A DNA stretch of 63,763 bases, the filler included, from Bdellovibrionota bacterium (GTDB taxonomy: Bacteria; Bdellovibrionota; Bdellovibrionia; Bdellovibrionales; JAEYZS01), in assembly GCA_963169515.1 (NCBI GenBank). It is 3 parts of 3 records of this genome, joined end to end, with 100 filler letters (N's around TTAATTAATTAA, not from the genome) between each part and the next. Parts side by side here need not be neighbours in the genome. Positions count along the whole stretch, not along the records: positions 1 to 26,225 come from CAUJEF010000093.1; 2 more parts are not named here. One strand, written 5' to 3'. This document shows, piece by piece, positions 1 through 9,807 of the stretch. The notes beneath the pieces are model-generated. The model ran no database searches. It was given only the letters and a program-made list of their open reading frames with translations, and had not been told where the DNA came from. The number at the start of each line of letters is the position of its first letter. The first letter of the stretch is position 1. Made by a program: the position numbers and the translations under genes.

Positions 1-482
1 AGCACAGAACCTACGACACCGTCAGGAGTTATGACAGCCTGGCCGGCAACGATGCCAGATTTTTTTCCCTTATTGATAATAAGGGTCGCGTGTTGGCGAA
101 GTAGGTCGTGCCCAATAACTTTTGCGGGAATTAATTCAAACGGAGTTGTTTCTTTAAAATCAAGTAGGCGAGACAGCCTTTGATTTTCGAGGCGAATTTC
201 CTCTAGCTGTACAAGCTGTGCCTTCAGCATAGAGACTTCATTTTGTAAATTTTTATTGTCTTTTTTTATGTCGATCAAATTTAAGTATTGGGAAGTGGTA
301 CCCCGAACCTGAGAGCTGAAGCCGACATAGAGTTTTTGCAGACTTGTCGACACAATGTAGAAAGGTTTCAAAAACCAATCTATATCTCCCGACTTACGCT
401 GAACGTTAATCGTCAGAATTGGAACTGCAATGATCAAGCAGAGGAAAATGAGTTTTTTTAAACTAAGCGGAAAAAGCCCCAA
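1..482 (-). CDS. mreC: Rod shape-determining protein MreC (3'-truncated by window edge)
   Basis: Manual translation from TTG at 482: MGLFPLSLKKLIFLCLIIAVPIL...LENQRLSRLLDFKE...PAKVIGHD...IINKGKKSGIVAGQAVITPDGVVG. This gives an N-terminal TM helix, a coiled coil and MreC beta-domain motifs. Not in the ORF track. Confidence 0.9.
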   Translation of the reverse strand, partial: MGLFPLSLKKLIFLCLIIAVPILTINVQRKSGDIDWFLKPFYIVSTSLQKLYVGFSSQVRGTTSQYLNLIDIKKDNKNLQNEVSMLKAQLVQLEEIRLENQRLSRLLDFKETTPFELIPAKVIGHDLLRQHATLIINKGKKSGIVAGQAVITPDGVVGSV

Positions 483-625
483 ACGGTCACCCCTATGTCT
501 CTTTTAGGGTATCAAAATTTCAGCGAAAGTTTCAATCATTTAAAGTTAAAGATGTGGCTTAAGAAAAGGCTTGATATGTGACGGAAAAATGATTGAAATG
601 AGATCCTTAAATAGGGAGAGTTCTC

Positions 626-1621
626 ATGCTCGATCAACTGAAGAAAAATGTGACTAAAAAAAATCTTATTGCCTGGCTCATTTTCGGCGCAATCATCATC
701 GTATTTGTGTTTTTTGGATTTTCGTCAAATATGGGTGCTGGTGGCGGGTATGCGGCCCGCGTTAACAATGAATTGATCTCAATTCGTGACTTTCAAACTG
801 CAACGGAAAATATGTCGAGATACAAGTTCTTATATGGCGATGGGCCCGACGCAGACAAAAATATTCGCAATAACGCAATTAATCAACTTATTGATTTGGA
901 ATTGATTTCACAGTTTGCCCAAAAAGGCGGATTCAGAGTTTCAGACGCTGAGATTGTTGACAGCATTATGAGTAATGAGGGGTTTTTGGAAAACGGAAAA
1001 TTTCAGCGCTCAAACTATGAGCGTTACCTTCAATACGATTCAACTTTTGAAAAGCGCTTACGCAAACAGCTATTGTATCAAAAATTCATGAAAGTGTTGC
1101 AGTCGAGTTTTGTGACTTCGGATTTGGAAGTTGAAAAGGCAAAGCTATTGAAATCCAACCAAATGAATCTTGAGTTTATAAAGCTTGAACCGACTAAAAA
1201 TGAAAAGCTAAAAGATGGAGACGTTAAAGCCCAAATTAATGATATTGCCGCAATTTATGCGACAAACCCCAATGAGGCTGTCAAACGAGCTCAAGGATTG
1301 GGTTTGAAATGGGAGGAAACGGGTCCATTCACTTTAGAGGCTACGGATATTCCAAAAATTGGAAGAAACACTCAATTGATTGCAGACGCGTTTAGCTTGG
1401 AAAGAGGCGCTTTGGGCAAACGCCTGTATGACGCTTTCGGGACGCAATATATCGTGAGGCTCAAAGAAAAGAAAATTGTTACTCCAAAAGAGTCCGAAGG
1501 TATGTCCGATCGTATGGTTGCTTATCCGCGGATTAACAATGTTTTAGTGAACTGGAAAAAAGAAATTCGTGAGCAGAGCAAAGTGGATTTAAGCCCGACA
1601 ATTGCAAGAATGTTGGAATAA
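626..1621 (+). CDS. SurA N-terminal domain / PpiD-like periplasmic chaperone (no obvious rotamase domain)
   Basis: N-terminal TM anchor, AARVNNELIS, AINQLIDLELISQFA..GFRVSD.EI motif; GGGAGAG RBS. Confidence 0.75.
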   Translation: MLDQLKKNVTKKNLIAWLIFGAIIIVFVFFGFSSNMGAGGGYAARVNNELISIRDFQTATENMSRYKFLYGDGPDADKNIRNNAINQLIDLELISQFAQKGGFRVSDAEIVDSIMSNEGFLENGKFQRSNYERYLQYDSTFEKRLRKQLLYQKFMKVLQSSFVTSDLEVEKAKLLKSNQMNLEFIKLEPTKNEKLKDGDVKAQINDIAAIYATNPNEAVKRAQGLGLKWEETGPFTLEATDIPKIGRNTQLIADAFSLERGALGKRLYDAFGTQYIVRLKEKKIVTPKESEGMSDRMVAYPRINNVLVNWKKEIREQSKVDLSPTIARMLE

Positions 1622-1625
1622 AAGA

Positions 1626-3500
1626 TTAGTTCGCTTTTACGAGTTGTTTGGTCCAAGTATGGATTGTAAGCAACGATTTTTCTTGGACTTCGACGAAGCT
1701 TACACCAAAGCTGCCGCCATTTTCATTGCACCAAACGATCTTGCCGTGAACCTCAACGAATTCTTTTCCGTCTGGGGACTCGATGACCATTCGGACTTTG
1801 TCAGACATTGCCAGATGCTGGTCTGTTTTGAGCTCTAAACCGCCAATTGAAATTGTGCCGACAGATCCCAAGAATTCGCCGCGAATAGTTTCGACGTAAA
1901 TTTTTGAACCGAGCTTGAAACGATCCCAACGGCGTCGCGTTTGACCTTGCGTTTTGAGGGCCATTGCAAGCGCGAACGGGAGTGCAATCAAAAGTCCCAC
2001 AAGAACTATGTTTAGTGTCATGTTGTGAGGACCTTGAAATTTTGTTTGGTTGTCATTGTAGTCTTTGTAGAGTTTAGAAACTAATCCGCAGCCCCCGCCA
2101 CTTTGCATATCTGATGCGGGCCCACGGTTACCATTGGCTGAAACGTCATAAGAGGGTTGGTACGTATCTACGGCCGCTGATTGAGCAGCATTCAGTGAAT
2201 ACAGGGCATTCACGCGACCGCCAGTTTGGACAACGCCATTAAGATTTGATTTTGTGTCGACATTGTTTAATATCAGTTGCTTCAATTGATAGCCATTCAT
2301 TGTTTGCTTTTCACGAGCCATGATGGCCACGACTCCTGATACGAATGGAGCTGCCATACTGGTGCCCGATAGACTTGCATACATATTATTGAGGTATGTG
2401 CTGTAAATGCCCACACCTGGGGATGCAAGATGTACTTTCGAAACGCCGTAGTTTGAAAATGATGCAAGATTGTCTGCATCTGTTGTTGCTGAGACAGAAA
2501 TAATATTAGGTACATTATATGAGGCCGGATACATCGGGCTTACGTCGTTATTGAGGCCCGAGTTCCCGGCAGCGGCGACAAACGAAGCCTGGTGGGAATA
2601 AGAGTAAGCGATAGCTTCATGGAGCGAGTATGAGTAGCTTCCCCCGCCCCAGGAGTTATTGAGAACCCGTGCACCATTATTCACAGCATAATATATCGAT
2701 TGGACCGCCGCAGAGGTTGTTCCGTTGCCATTGCAGTCCAAAAATTTCACGGCCATTAATTTTATTTTTGCAGCAGGAAGGGGATTGGCCAAAATATCTT
2801 GGCTTGTCCCGCGAATAATGCCGGCTACGTGTGTTCCATGTCCGTCACAGTCATCGGGATTGTTGTTATTATTCACAAAATTCCAGCCGTTGATATCATC
2901 GACAAAACCATTGCCGTCGTCATCAATTCCGTTACTTGGAATTTCGCCGGTGTTCGCCCAAAGCGCGCTAGACAAATCAACGTGCTGAAGATCGATACCC
3001 GTATCGATCACCGCGATGGTAGGTTTATATGAGGTGGATGACATTTGTGCCCAAGCTTCGGGAATTTCAACCGGAGCGCCCGTCTGGGAATAAGAAATAT
3101 TTTGTGCGCCAACCTCTGCGTCGCTGTTTGAGTACTCATTAAAAAGAACTTCGAACTGTTCCTTTGTCATGACCTCGTCAGGCAGGTTCTCTGTGGCTTT
3201 TTTTAGATAGTAGTTTGGCTCGGCGTATTCTACGTTCGGGTCTTGCATCAGATCTTGGGCTGCAGCTTCAACGTCATCACCTGGCTTTAATGCAAAGTGA
3301 TCCATATTGAGACCGTGCCAAGATGATTTTAGGCTCATTCCCTTTTCGTTCATTATTTTTTGAGATGCAGATTGAGCTGAGGCAGAAAATTTTTTGCCCT
3401 TATATTTAACGATAAGTTCGCCAGGGACGTAGTCTTGGGCATGGGCAGACACTGATATCGTCAAGATAAACAAGATTAATCTATTGAGTTTTACGTCCAC
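1626..3500 (-). CDS. S8 subtilisin-like serine protease with C-terminal GGGCG motif, TM helix and PilZ domain
   Basis: Catalytic motifs IDTG, HGTHVAG, GTSMAAP. Signal peptide ending AHA from a GTG start at 3500 (GGGGG RBS). TM helix LNIVLVGLLIALPFALAMAL, then RRRWDR and TISIGG (PilZ-like). Confidence 0.85.
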   Translation of the reverse strand: MDVKLNRLILFILTISVSAHAQDYVPGELIVKYKGKKFSASAQSASQKIMNEKGMSLKSSWHGLNMDHFALKPGDDVEAAAQDLMQDPNVEYAEPNYYLKKATENLPDEVMTKEQFEVLFNEYSNSDAEVGAQNISYSQTGAPVEIPEAWAQMSSTSYKPTIAVIDTGIDLQHVDLSSALWANTGEIPSNGIDDDGNGFVDDINGWNFVNNNNNPDDCDGHGTHVAGIIRGTSQDILANPLPAAKIKLMAVKFLDCNGNGTTSAAVQSIYYAVNNGARVLNNSWGGGSYSYSLHEAIAYSYSHQASFVAAAGNSGLNNDVSPMYPASYNVPNIISVSATTDADNLASFSNYGVSKVHLASPGVGIYSTYLNNMYASLSGTSMAAPFVSGVVAIMAREKQTMNGYQLKQLILNNVDTKSNLNGVVQTGGRVNALYSLNAAQSAAVDTYQPSYDVSANGNRGPASDMQSGGGCGLVSKLYKDYNDNQTKFQGPHNMTLNIVLVGLLIALPFALAMALKTQGQTRRRWDRFKLGSKIYVETIRGEFLGSVGTISIGGLELKTDQHLAMSDKVRMVIESPDGKEFVEVHGKIVWCNENGGSFGVSFVEVQEKSLLTIHTWTKQLVKAN

Positions 3501-3523
3501 GATACATTCCCCCAACCTTTTAC

Positions 3524-3550
3524 TTTTCGGAGGCCAGGACGTTTTTTTAA
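3524..3550 (-). promoter_or_regulatory. Putative sigma28 (FliA)-type promoter of the S8-PilZ protease
   Basis: TTAA-N15-TCCGAAAA on the minus strand, just upstream of the RBS. Confidence 0.4.
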
Positions 3551-3630
3551 AGACGAAAGTCGAGGTCAATAGAGATATTTTTAAAAATTAAAAGCGCACG
3601 CTATTAAAGATTTAAAGGTGTCTTGGCCTA

Positions 3631-3659
3631 TTTTAGTGTCTCAACATGAGACACTAAAA
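3631..3659. repeat. Perfect inverted repeat TTTTAGTGTCTCA-aca-TGAGACACTAAAA (terminator or operator)
   Basis: 13-bp arms and a 3-nt loop, between the stop of 3680-4396 and the S8 promoter. Confidence 0.8.
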
Positions 3660-3679
3660 CGGCGGGCTGTTTGATAGTT

Positions 3680-4396
3680 TTACGGATAAGAACAGAACAC
3701 TTGAATTTGTTCTGGGTTACCGGCAAAGGTATTTCCGCAAAGGTTTCTATTTGCGACATCCATGATTTTTTCAATCTTTGTTCGGAAGCTTGGAAGAAGC
3801 GCATATTGGATTGCCTCTTGATCCCAAAACTTCTTATCAAAAAGATTAAATATGTCTTCATCGGCCATGGCCTGATAATTTTCTCCGGCATTGGCAGAAT
3901 AGGTAATCATTGTGAGAACTAATCCTGCAGTGGCGCGAAGCCCATAATTTCCTGCTCTAAGAGCCGCTTGACCCGGGTTTGTTTTAATGAAAATCCATGC
4001 CGCCCCTAAGCCCGCGCCGATAGTAGCCCATAAAGCAACTTCCGGTTCGTATGTCGTTTTGATTTTTTTTAGAGTCTCTTGATCTACAGCCTGAAAAATT
4101 TGTCTAAGTGCTAAAAACTTACCAATATAGATTTGGTCGATTTCGCGTCGGTCGACTGAATCGCCACTGCGATTTCCTGATGACCAATCGACGTCGTCCC
4201 AATTCCTGTCAGTTCCGCCAACGCTATCCGGAGAGTATTCGCCGTGTGTATCGTCGATGCTGCCGTCTTTACTGCCAGATCGGTCACTGCCACGATCAGG
4301 GCCTGATGATCGTGACCGATCAGGTGTGCTGCCTGCGGCAAAGCCAATGTTTGAAATTAATGTAAGGGCTAAAAAGCTACTTAAAATCGTATTCAT
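3680..4396 (-). CDS. Secreted hypothetical protein with a Ser/Asp/Gly/Arg-rich region and Gly-rich hydrophobic helices
   Basis: Signal peptide MNTILSSFLALTLISNIGFA; low-complexity N-terminus; ALWATIGAGLGAAW. Confidence 0.6.
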   Translation of the reverse strand: MNTILSSFLALTLISNIGFAAGSTPDRSRSSGPDRGSDRSGSKDGSIDDTHGEYSPDSVGGTDRNWDDVDWSSGNRSGDSVDRREIDQIYIGKFLALRQIFQAVDQETLKKIKTTYEPEVALWATIGAGLGAAWIFIKTNPGQAALRAGNYGLRATAGLVLTMITYSANAGENYQAMADEDIFNLFDKKFWDQEAIQYALLPSFRTKIEKIMDVANRNLCGNTFAGNPEQIQVFCSYP

Positions 4397-4497
4397 GGGG
4401 TCCTTTCGTGGGACCCCATTATAGACGAAGTTGGCCTGATATTCCCGCCTGTATACAGTAGCTTATAAAGATTACATCGACGATGCAAACAATGTGG

Positions 4498-5781
4498 TCA
4501 CTTATATTGTGGTTTCAAATCTTTCCAGCAGCTTAAGTAGTTCTTTTGTAGCAGGCCGCTATTAAGCGGGGATGGGGTGACATCAAATGGATATTGGCTT
4601 TCAAACATGAAGGCCATGGTGTTTTCAATTTTTTGTGGTTTCAGATTCTCGGCGCTGGCGTTTTCAAAAGTAATGGCGTCCGGGCCATGGCCCGACATAC
4701 GGTTGTGAAGGCTTGCCCCCCCGGGCAAAAAGCCCTCCTTTTTTGCGTCATATTCGCCATGAATAAGACCCATAAATTCACTCATGTAGTTTCGGTGGTA
4801 ATATGGCGGACGAAATGTATTTTCACCCACGAGCCACCGAGGAGGAAAGATAACAAAATCAATATTAGCCGTCCCTGTATCCACTGATGGCGATGTTAGA
4901 ACAGTAAAAATAGACGGGTCAGGGTGATCGAAGCTGATGGACCCAATCGTATTAAAATCGTTCAGGTTGTATTTATAGGGATAGTAATTCCCGTGCCACC
5001 CGACAACATTTAGGGGGGACTGTTTTAATTCCGAGGACCAAAAGTTACCACCAAATTTTGTAATCCATCGGACAGTTTTTTTTGTATCTTCGAACCAGGC
5101 GGTTGGAATTTTAAAATCACGAGCATTGGCAAGGCCATTGGCACCTATGGGACCGAGTTCAGGGAGCTGAAAGGGGCTACCATAGTTTTCGCAAATATAA
5201 CCACGAGCATTTTTTCCCAACAGTTCAGCTTTGAATTTTATTCCGCGTGGAATGACGGCGATTTCATTTGGAGAAACTTCGAGTTGTCCCATTTCAGTCG
5301 CCAAAAGAAGGGCCCCTTCTTGTGGGACAAAGAGCATTTGTCCGTCAGCATTTGAAAAATAATCTTTCATGGATTCGTTGCAGCTATACATATGGACGGC
5401 ACAGCCGACGTTCATTTTTAAGTTTCCATTGCCACAGTAGGTTGTTACGGAATCAATTAAATTCACGTCTATTTTAGGAAATGGGAAAGGGTCCCACCGC
5501 AATTGCAATGGACTTTGTTGATCGTTGATTGGGAAGCTTTGCCATGAGCTGTGTTTATAGGGTTTAAATTCAGAGTGAACTGCAGAGGGCAATATACGAT
5601 ACATCCACGAGCGTAAGTTGCGTGCGCGTGGTGCCGTAAATGCAGAGCCATTGATTTGCTCGGCATACAGACCATGGGCAACTTTCTGTGGGGAGTTTTG
5701 CCCGAGAGGGAGTGTGTTCTTGACGACTTCGGTCGAGATGTAATTTCCTAGACCTGATTCGTAATGGATCTTTGAACTCAT
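4498..5781 (-). CDS. hmgA: Homogentisate 1,2-dioxygenase
   Basis: LPLGQNSPQ, GLYAEQ, SWMYRILPS, FDHPDPSIFTVLT, FRPPYYHRN.MSEFMGLI, GGASLHN..SGHGPD; ATG at 5781 preferred. Confidence 0.95.
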   Translation of the reverse strand: MSSKIHYESGLGNYISTEVVKNTLPLGQNSPQKVAHGLYAEQINGSAFTAPRARNLRSWMYRILPSAVHSEFKPYKHSSWQSFPINDQQSPLQLRWDPFPFPKIDVNLIDSVTTYCGNGNLKMNVGCAVHMYSCNESMKDYFSNADGQMLFVPQEGALLLATEMGQLEVSPNEIAVIPRGIKFKAELLGKNARGYICENYGSPFQLPELGPIGANGLANARDFKIPTAWFEDTKKTVRWITKFGGNFWSSELKQSPLNVVGWHGNYYPYKYNLNDFNTIGSISFDHPDPSIFTVLTSPSVDTGTANIDFVIFPPRWLVGENTFRPPYYHRNYMSEFMGLIHGEYDAKKEGFLPGGASLHNRMSGHGPDAITFENASAENLKPQKIENTMAFMFESQYPFDVTPSPLNSGLLQKNYLSCWKDLKPQYK

Positions 5782-5851
5782 GCCCCACGTTCTCAAAATG
5801 ACGTAAAAAAGGCCAGTATTTTCTCAAAAAATAACCTCTGAAATCCGATCA

Positions 5852-6355
5852 GTGGGTATGCGATTGTTATTTGTAATGTGCCTAGTTTTGTTTGGGTTTT
5901 CGGCATTTGCTGAAATTGATGTCGAAGACCAAATTCGTATGGCCGAAGATCCAAATTATTTGGAGTATCTTCGCGAAAGGGATCGCGAAGAGGCACATGA
6001 ACGTGCCGCTGGATACGAATACGCTCAAGTTCGAGCGCGCGAAGCAGCTGACTATGAGCGCGCACGTAAAGAATATGTAGAATGGAGAGATCGGCAACCA
6101 ATTGAGGACAACTCTAAAGAAGAGCTCGCAGACCTGAAAGAGAAGGCCAGCGAAGCTGCGGAATATCAACGGCGGGAGCGTGTCCATGCAGATCATAGAT
6201 ACCAGCAGGATCGTCTGCAATTCGTGGCACAGCAGAAATTATTGCGAATGAATCGTAGACCAGCGTCGGTGTTGCCCCCACGAACCCCGAGAAAGCTTCG
6301 TAAATTCAGCGGTGCAACTCCTTTTAAACTCAAAAAAGTCAGCCCCGGCCTCTGA
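5852..6355 (+). CDS. Secreted coiled-coil hypothetical protein
   Basis: Signal peptide ending AFA, charged helical region, RRPAS motif. Confidence 0.6.
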   Translation: MGMRLLFVMCLVLFGFSAFAEIDVEDQIRMAEDPNYLEYLRERDREEAHERAAGYEYAQVRAREAADYERARKEYVEWRDRQPIEDNSKEELADLKEKASEAAEYQRRERVHADHRYQQDRLQFVAQQKLLRMNRRPASVLPPRTPRKLRKFSGATPFKLKKVSPGL

Positions 6356-6395
6356 GCTTGTCTTTGTAGGGCAATTCGTCTAAATCATTCCGTGT

Positions 6396-7277
6396 ATGAG
6401 ACAAAAAGCAGCTGCATTTTTTAAAACTACCCAAGATGAAATCTGCGCCAAGATTACTGAGATTAATAAAAAATCTTATATCCAAGATCTTTGGGATCGA
6501 AACGGGGGTGGCGGCGGTCGAACACGTGTGTATTCAGAGGGTGTATTTTTGGAAAAGGGCGGTGTTAATTTTTCTGAAGTCTATGGGGAATTAAATCCTC
6601 AATTTGCGGCCTCAATGCCCATGGGTGATGGCAATCAGTTTTATGCAACTGGAATATCACTTGTCTTGCATCCAATAAATCCCTTTGTTCCCTCGGTTCA
6701 TGCAAACTTCCGATACATTGAACGTGGGCAGGCAGGTTGGTTCGGTGGAGGAGCAGACTTGACCCCATATTATCCCTTTGACGAAGACTGTAGGCATTTT
6801 CATAAAACCTACTCTGAAGCATTAAGTCCATACGGCAAGTATTTGGAATTTAAAGAGAAATGCGACGAATACTTTTACCTTCCCCATCGTGGCGAAACCC
6901 GCGGGATCGGCGGAATCTTTTTTGATTATCAAGTGGCTTCAAACGAAACTTTTGAGATGGTTCAAGCTACGGCCAATCGGTTTTTAGATTCTTATATCCC
7001 CATTGTTTTGCGCCGAATGAATACGCCGTTTACGGATCAACAAAAAGAATTCCAAGAAATTCGCCGCGGCCGGTATGTTGAGTACAATTTGATTTATGAT
7101 CGTGGCACGTTGTTCGGTTTAAAAACAAATGGACGGGTCGAATCGATACTGATGTCATTACCAAAGCGGGTTCGTTGGGAGTACAACTTTACTCCAGAAC
7201 CAGGAAGTCCGGAATCTCGCCTATCTGATTATCTAAAACCACGAGACTGGGTTGACAGGCAAGAAGGTATCTTATAA
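6396..7277 (+). CDS. hemF: Oxygen-dependent coproporphyrinogen III oxidase
   Basis: GGGGRTRV, EKGGVNFSEV, HANFRY, WFGGGADLTP, RRGRYVEYNLIYDRGT.FGL. Confidence 0.95.
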   Translation: MRQKAAAFFKTTQDEICAKITEINKKSYIQDLWDRNGGGGGRTRVYSEGVFLEKGGVNFSEVYGELNPQFAASMPMGDGNQFYATGISLVLHPINPFVPSVHANFRYIERGQAGWFGGGADLTPYYPFDEDCRHFHKTYSEALSPYGKYLEFKEKCDEYFYLPHRGETRGIGGIFFDYQVASNETFEMVQATANRFLDSYIPIVLRRMNTPFTDQQKEFQEIRRGRYVEYNLIYDRGTLFGLKTNGRVESILMSLPKRVRWEYNFTPEPGSPESRLSDYLKPRDWVDRQEGIL

Positions 7278-7315
7278 ACAGGGCATGACGCTTATACCCA
7301 TTGCCAAGGATACCT

Positions 7316-7618
7316 ATGCCACTTAGCACGTTAAATTTTTACGGTTTTGAACCCGGCCAGGAAGCGCGCGAGCTTCTTGGTCTTCGAATTTCTCAAATTA
7401 TGGATGAGGCCCCAAGTGATGCGGCGGTTGTTGTATCGTTTCAATCAAACGAAAGCGTAATCGAAGGGGTTTTTTCGATCCACTCCAGCGCCGGCGCCTT
7501 TAAGACAAAAGTTTCTGGTTTAGAGTTTGAGGATGTAATGGAGGATCTGGTTAAAAATATTCAACGTCAACTAAAGCAATGGCGCAAAGAACGATTCTCA
7601 GATAACTCGCCAGCCTAA
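7316..7618 (+). CDS. Small protein, possibly HPF/RaiA-like ribosome-associated fold
   Basis: AAGGA RBS before ATG 7316; beta-alpha-beta-beta-beta-alpha pattern ending LVKNIQRQLKQWRKERF. Family call is tentative. Confidence 0.4.
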   Translation: MPLSTLNFYGFEPGQEARELLGLRISQIMDEAPSDAAVVVSFQSNESVIEGVFSIHSSAGAFKTKVSGLEFEDVMEDLVKNIQRQLKQWRKERFSDNSPA

Positions 7619-7619
7619 G

Positions 7620-8156
7620 TTAAAACTTGTATCGATCAATCCGCACCTCATCGAAAGGATATTTCACAGTTTCAGAGCGAAAAAACATTTGGCCGAAGAT
7701 GTTAGTGGCTTTTAGGTGCCAGGCACCCTGAGACATAAGTTGTGAACCTCGATAAATCTGGTATTGAGCAATCAAAAAATCGTCTGTTACGGCCACGTCT
7801 GTAATCTCAAATCGAGTTCCGTAAGATTCCGCGTTTCGTTTGAACATTCGAATCAGGTTGCCATTTTCATTTGACCATGACTGTTGTTTAAACTCTAGCC
7901 GTTGATAAACTTGACCATTGCTCTTAGTGTACTCGAGCGTAGCCGCTCCGCTGCCACAGCGGCTCTGCACAAAGTAATTCCATTTGTCGCAACCAAATCC
8001 CGAGCATGTTTCGCGCTCATATTCGTGTTTTTCCAAATTTGGGAAGGTCTCGCAGAAAGGTCTTTCCCCCACGTATTGATCGATTTGACTCAAATAATCA
8101 CTTGTCGTGAAGTCGGTAGCCAGCCCGACCGCTAAAAGAAAATAGAGAAAGTACAC
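7620..8156 (-). CDS. Secreted hypothetical protein
   Basis: Hydrophobic N-terminus, four Cys, GGGGG RBS. Confidence 0.55.
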   Translation of the reverse strand: MYFLYFLLAVGLATDFTTSDYLSQIDQYVGERPFCETFPNLEKHEYERETCSGFGCDKWNYFVQSRCGSGAATLEYTKSNGQVYQRLEFKQQSWSNENGNLIRMFKRNAESYGTRFEITDVAVTDDFLIAQYQIYRGSQLMSQGAWHLKATNIFGQMFFRSETVKYPFDEVRIDRYKF

Positions 8157-8175
8157 CGTCCCCCCTTTCTGGAAC

Positions 8176-9498
8176 TTATTGGCGGTTGATCTGGAATTCT
8201 ACACGACGATTTTTCTGGCGGCCCTGATAGTTGCCATTATCTGCGATTGGGCGGGTTTCACCGTAGCCTACAGAGGACAATTTTTCTTTGGCAATACCTT
8301 GGGAAATTAAGAATTCCATAACGGATTTTGCACGGTTTTCACTAAGCCTTTGATTGTATTCTTCAGGCCCAATGGAATCCGTGTGCCCCTGAATAACCAT
8401 TTGCTTAAGCGTAGGCGGTTTTTTTAGGTACTCGGCAAGGCGTTTTAGGACCTCCTGTGACAGAGGAGTGAGCGCAAAAGAATCGAATTCAAAGGTGATA
8501 CCCTCAACAACAAAGACCTCTTCGGCCTCCGGAGTGTCCTCTAGGTCTTCTTCCACCTCAGGGGTGCCCTTGGCGTAAATCCGGGCTCTGTCTTTACCCC
8601 AAAGCGGGCCCATTGTATAATTCACACCTGTGTAGATTCGCCAATCCGGGGTAGATGTCCCATGGGAAAGTTCGGTCCCAACCCCTGCATGCCATGCAAG
8701 TTCATGGGTAACGTTGTACTTTGTGCCGAGCAAAAGCTCGAGCGAAGACTGGGTTCGATCCGTGGATTCGTCGGTCTGATGGGCGGGAAAGCTTCCGAAG
8801 ATCTCGCTGATCAGTCGAACATTGTTCCATAGATAGCTTGCGGCCAGCGAGCCAATAAACTGATCTTCGAAGGGAGAAATCGGTATACTCACAACCGGGT
8901 CACCAGAGTTTCTCAGGCGATAACCGAGGTTAATGGCCGCAGCTGCAAGTTTTGAAATCGCACGGTCATATGCAAATTCAAAGTTAAAGGTTGGGCCGGC
9001 GCCAAGGCCCGTGTAGGGGTTATTTTCAATTCGATCAAAATTCATCGAAAAGATCGTGGCAAAGCCGCCATCGTCATTTCCAAACCATCGGTATTTAGTA
9101 TTAAACCGAACTTCGGTGTTTCCTTTTTTGGCAAAGTAGCCCTGTTCTAAATTGCCATCTACAGATTGGGCTATGATATGTGGGAAGCTAAATCCCATAT
9201 CCCAATTCTTCGTTAGGCCGACCCCAAAATTCAAATCAAGTCCGGTCAATGTGTCGTTGACGTGTGTTCGAGAGACCGCGTTCGGTTGAAAATAGGGTAG
9301 GGTGTTAACGCCATAGTTCAGAAATAGACCCAAGTTCAAGATCCCCGGGTTCAAGGTCTCAGACGAGTGAACCGTCACAAAATCCAAACCGTCTGTGACA
9401 GGGTTGAAGTTTTGAGCATCCGTTCCAACAACATTAGCCTGTGCAGAAAGGGAAATGAGAGCTGCGCTTAGGGTAGTAAAAATTCGGCCTAATTTCAT
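8176..9498 (-). CDS. OmpA family outer-membrane protein (beta-barrel plus OmpA C-terminal peptidoglycan-binding domain)
   Basis: Signal peptide; C-terminal ITFEFDS, IQGHTDSIG..EYNQRLSENRA, GYGETRP, NRRVEF. Confidence 0.9.
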   Translation of the reverse strand: MKLGRIFTTLSAALISLSAQANVVGTDAQNFNPVTDGLDFVTVHSSETLNPGILNLGLFLNYGVNTLPYFQPNAVSRTHVNDTLTGLDLNFGVGLTKNWDMGFSFPHIIAQSVDGNLEQGYFAKKGNTEVRFNTKYRWFGNDDGGFATIFSMNFDRIENNPYTGLGAGPTFNFEFAYDRAISKLAAAAINLGYRLRNSGDPVVSIPISPFEDQFIGSLAASYLWNNVRLISEIFGSFPAHQTDESTDRTQSSLELLLGTKYNVTHELAWHAGVGTELSHGTSTPDWRIYTGVNYTMGPLWGKDRARIYAKGTPEVEEDLEDTPEAEEVFVVEGITFEFDSFALTPLSQEVLKRLAEYLKKPPTLKQMVIQGHTDSIGPEEYNQRLSENRAKSVMEFLISQGIAKEKLSSVGYGETRPIADNGNYQGRQKNRRVEFQINRQ

Positions 9499-9623
9499 AT
9501 ACTTCCAGTATGAAAACGGAGTTATAGCAAATCAATGCCTTTCTTTCTTGCTGCGGGGAATTAAGCATTTGATTTTGATTATAAAACCCTGTAAATTCCT
9601 CGCTTCATAATAGAGGTGTCGTT

Positions 9624-9803
9624 ATGGCGAAAAAAGGTAAAGTCAGAATTATTACATTGGAATGCACAGAGGCTCGCAAGGAAGGGAAATCACCTTCTCG
9701 CTATACAACGACTAAAAACACGCAGACCCACCCGGAGCGTTTAGAAAAGAAAAAGTACAATCCTTTTTTGAAACGTCACACACTTCATAAAGAAGTAAAA
9801 TAA
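9624..9803 (+). CDS. rpmG: 50S ribosomal protein L33 (type lacking the zinc-ribbon Cys motifs)
   Basis: Manual translation: [59 protein letters not shown] (59 aa); GAGGTG RBS; below the ORF-track cutoff. Confidence 0.95.
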   Translation: MAKKGKVRIITLECTEARKEGKSPSRYTTTKNTQTHPERLEKKKYNPFLKRHTLHKEVK

Positions 9804-9807
9804 TTTT

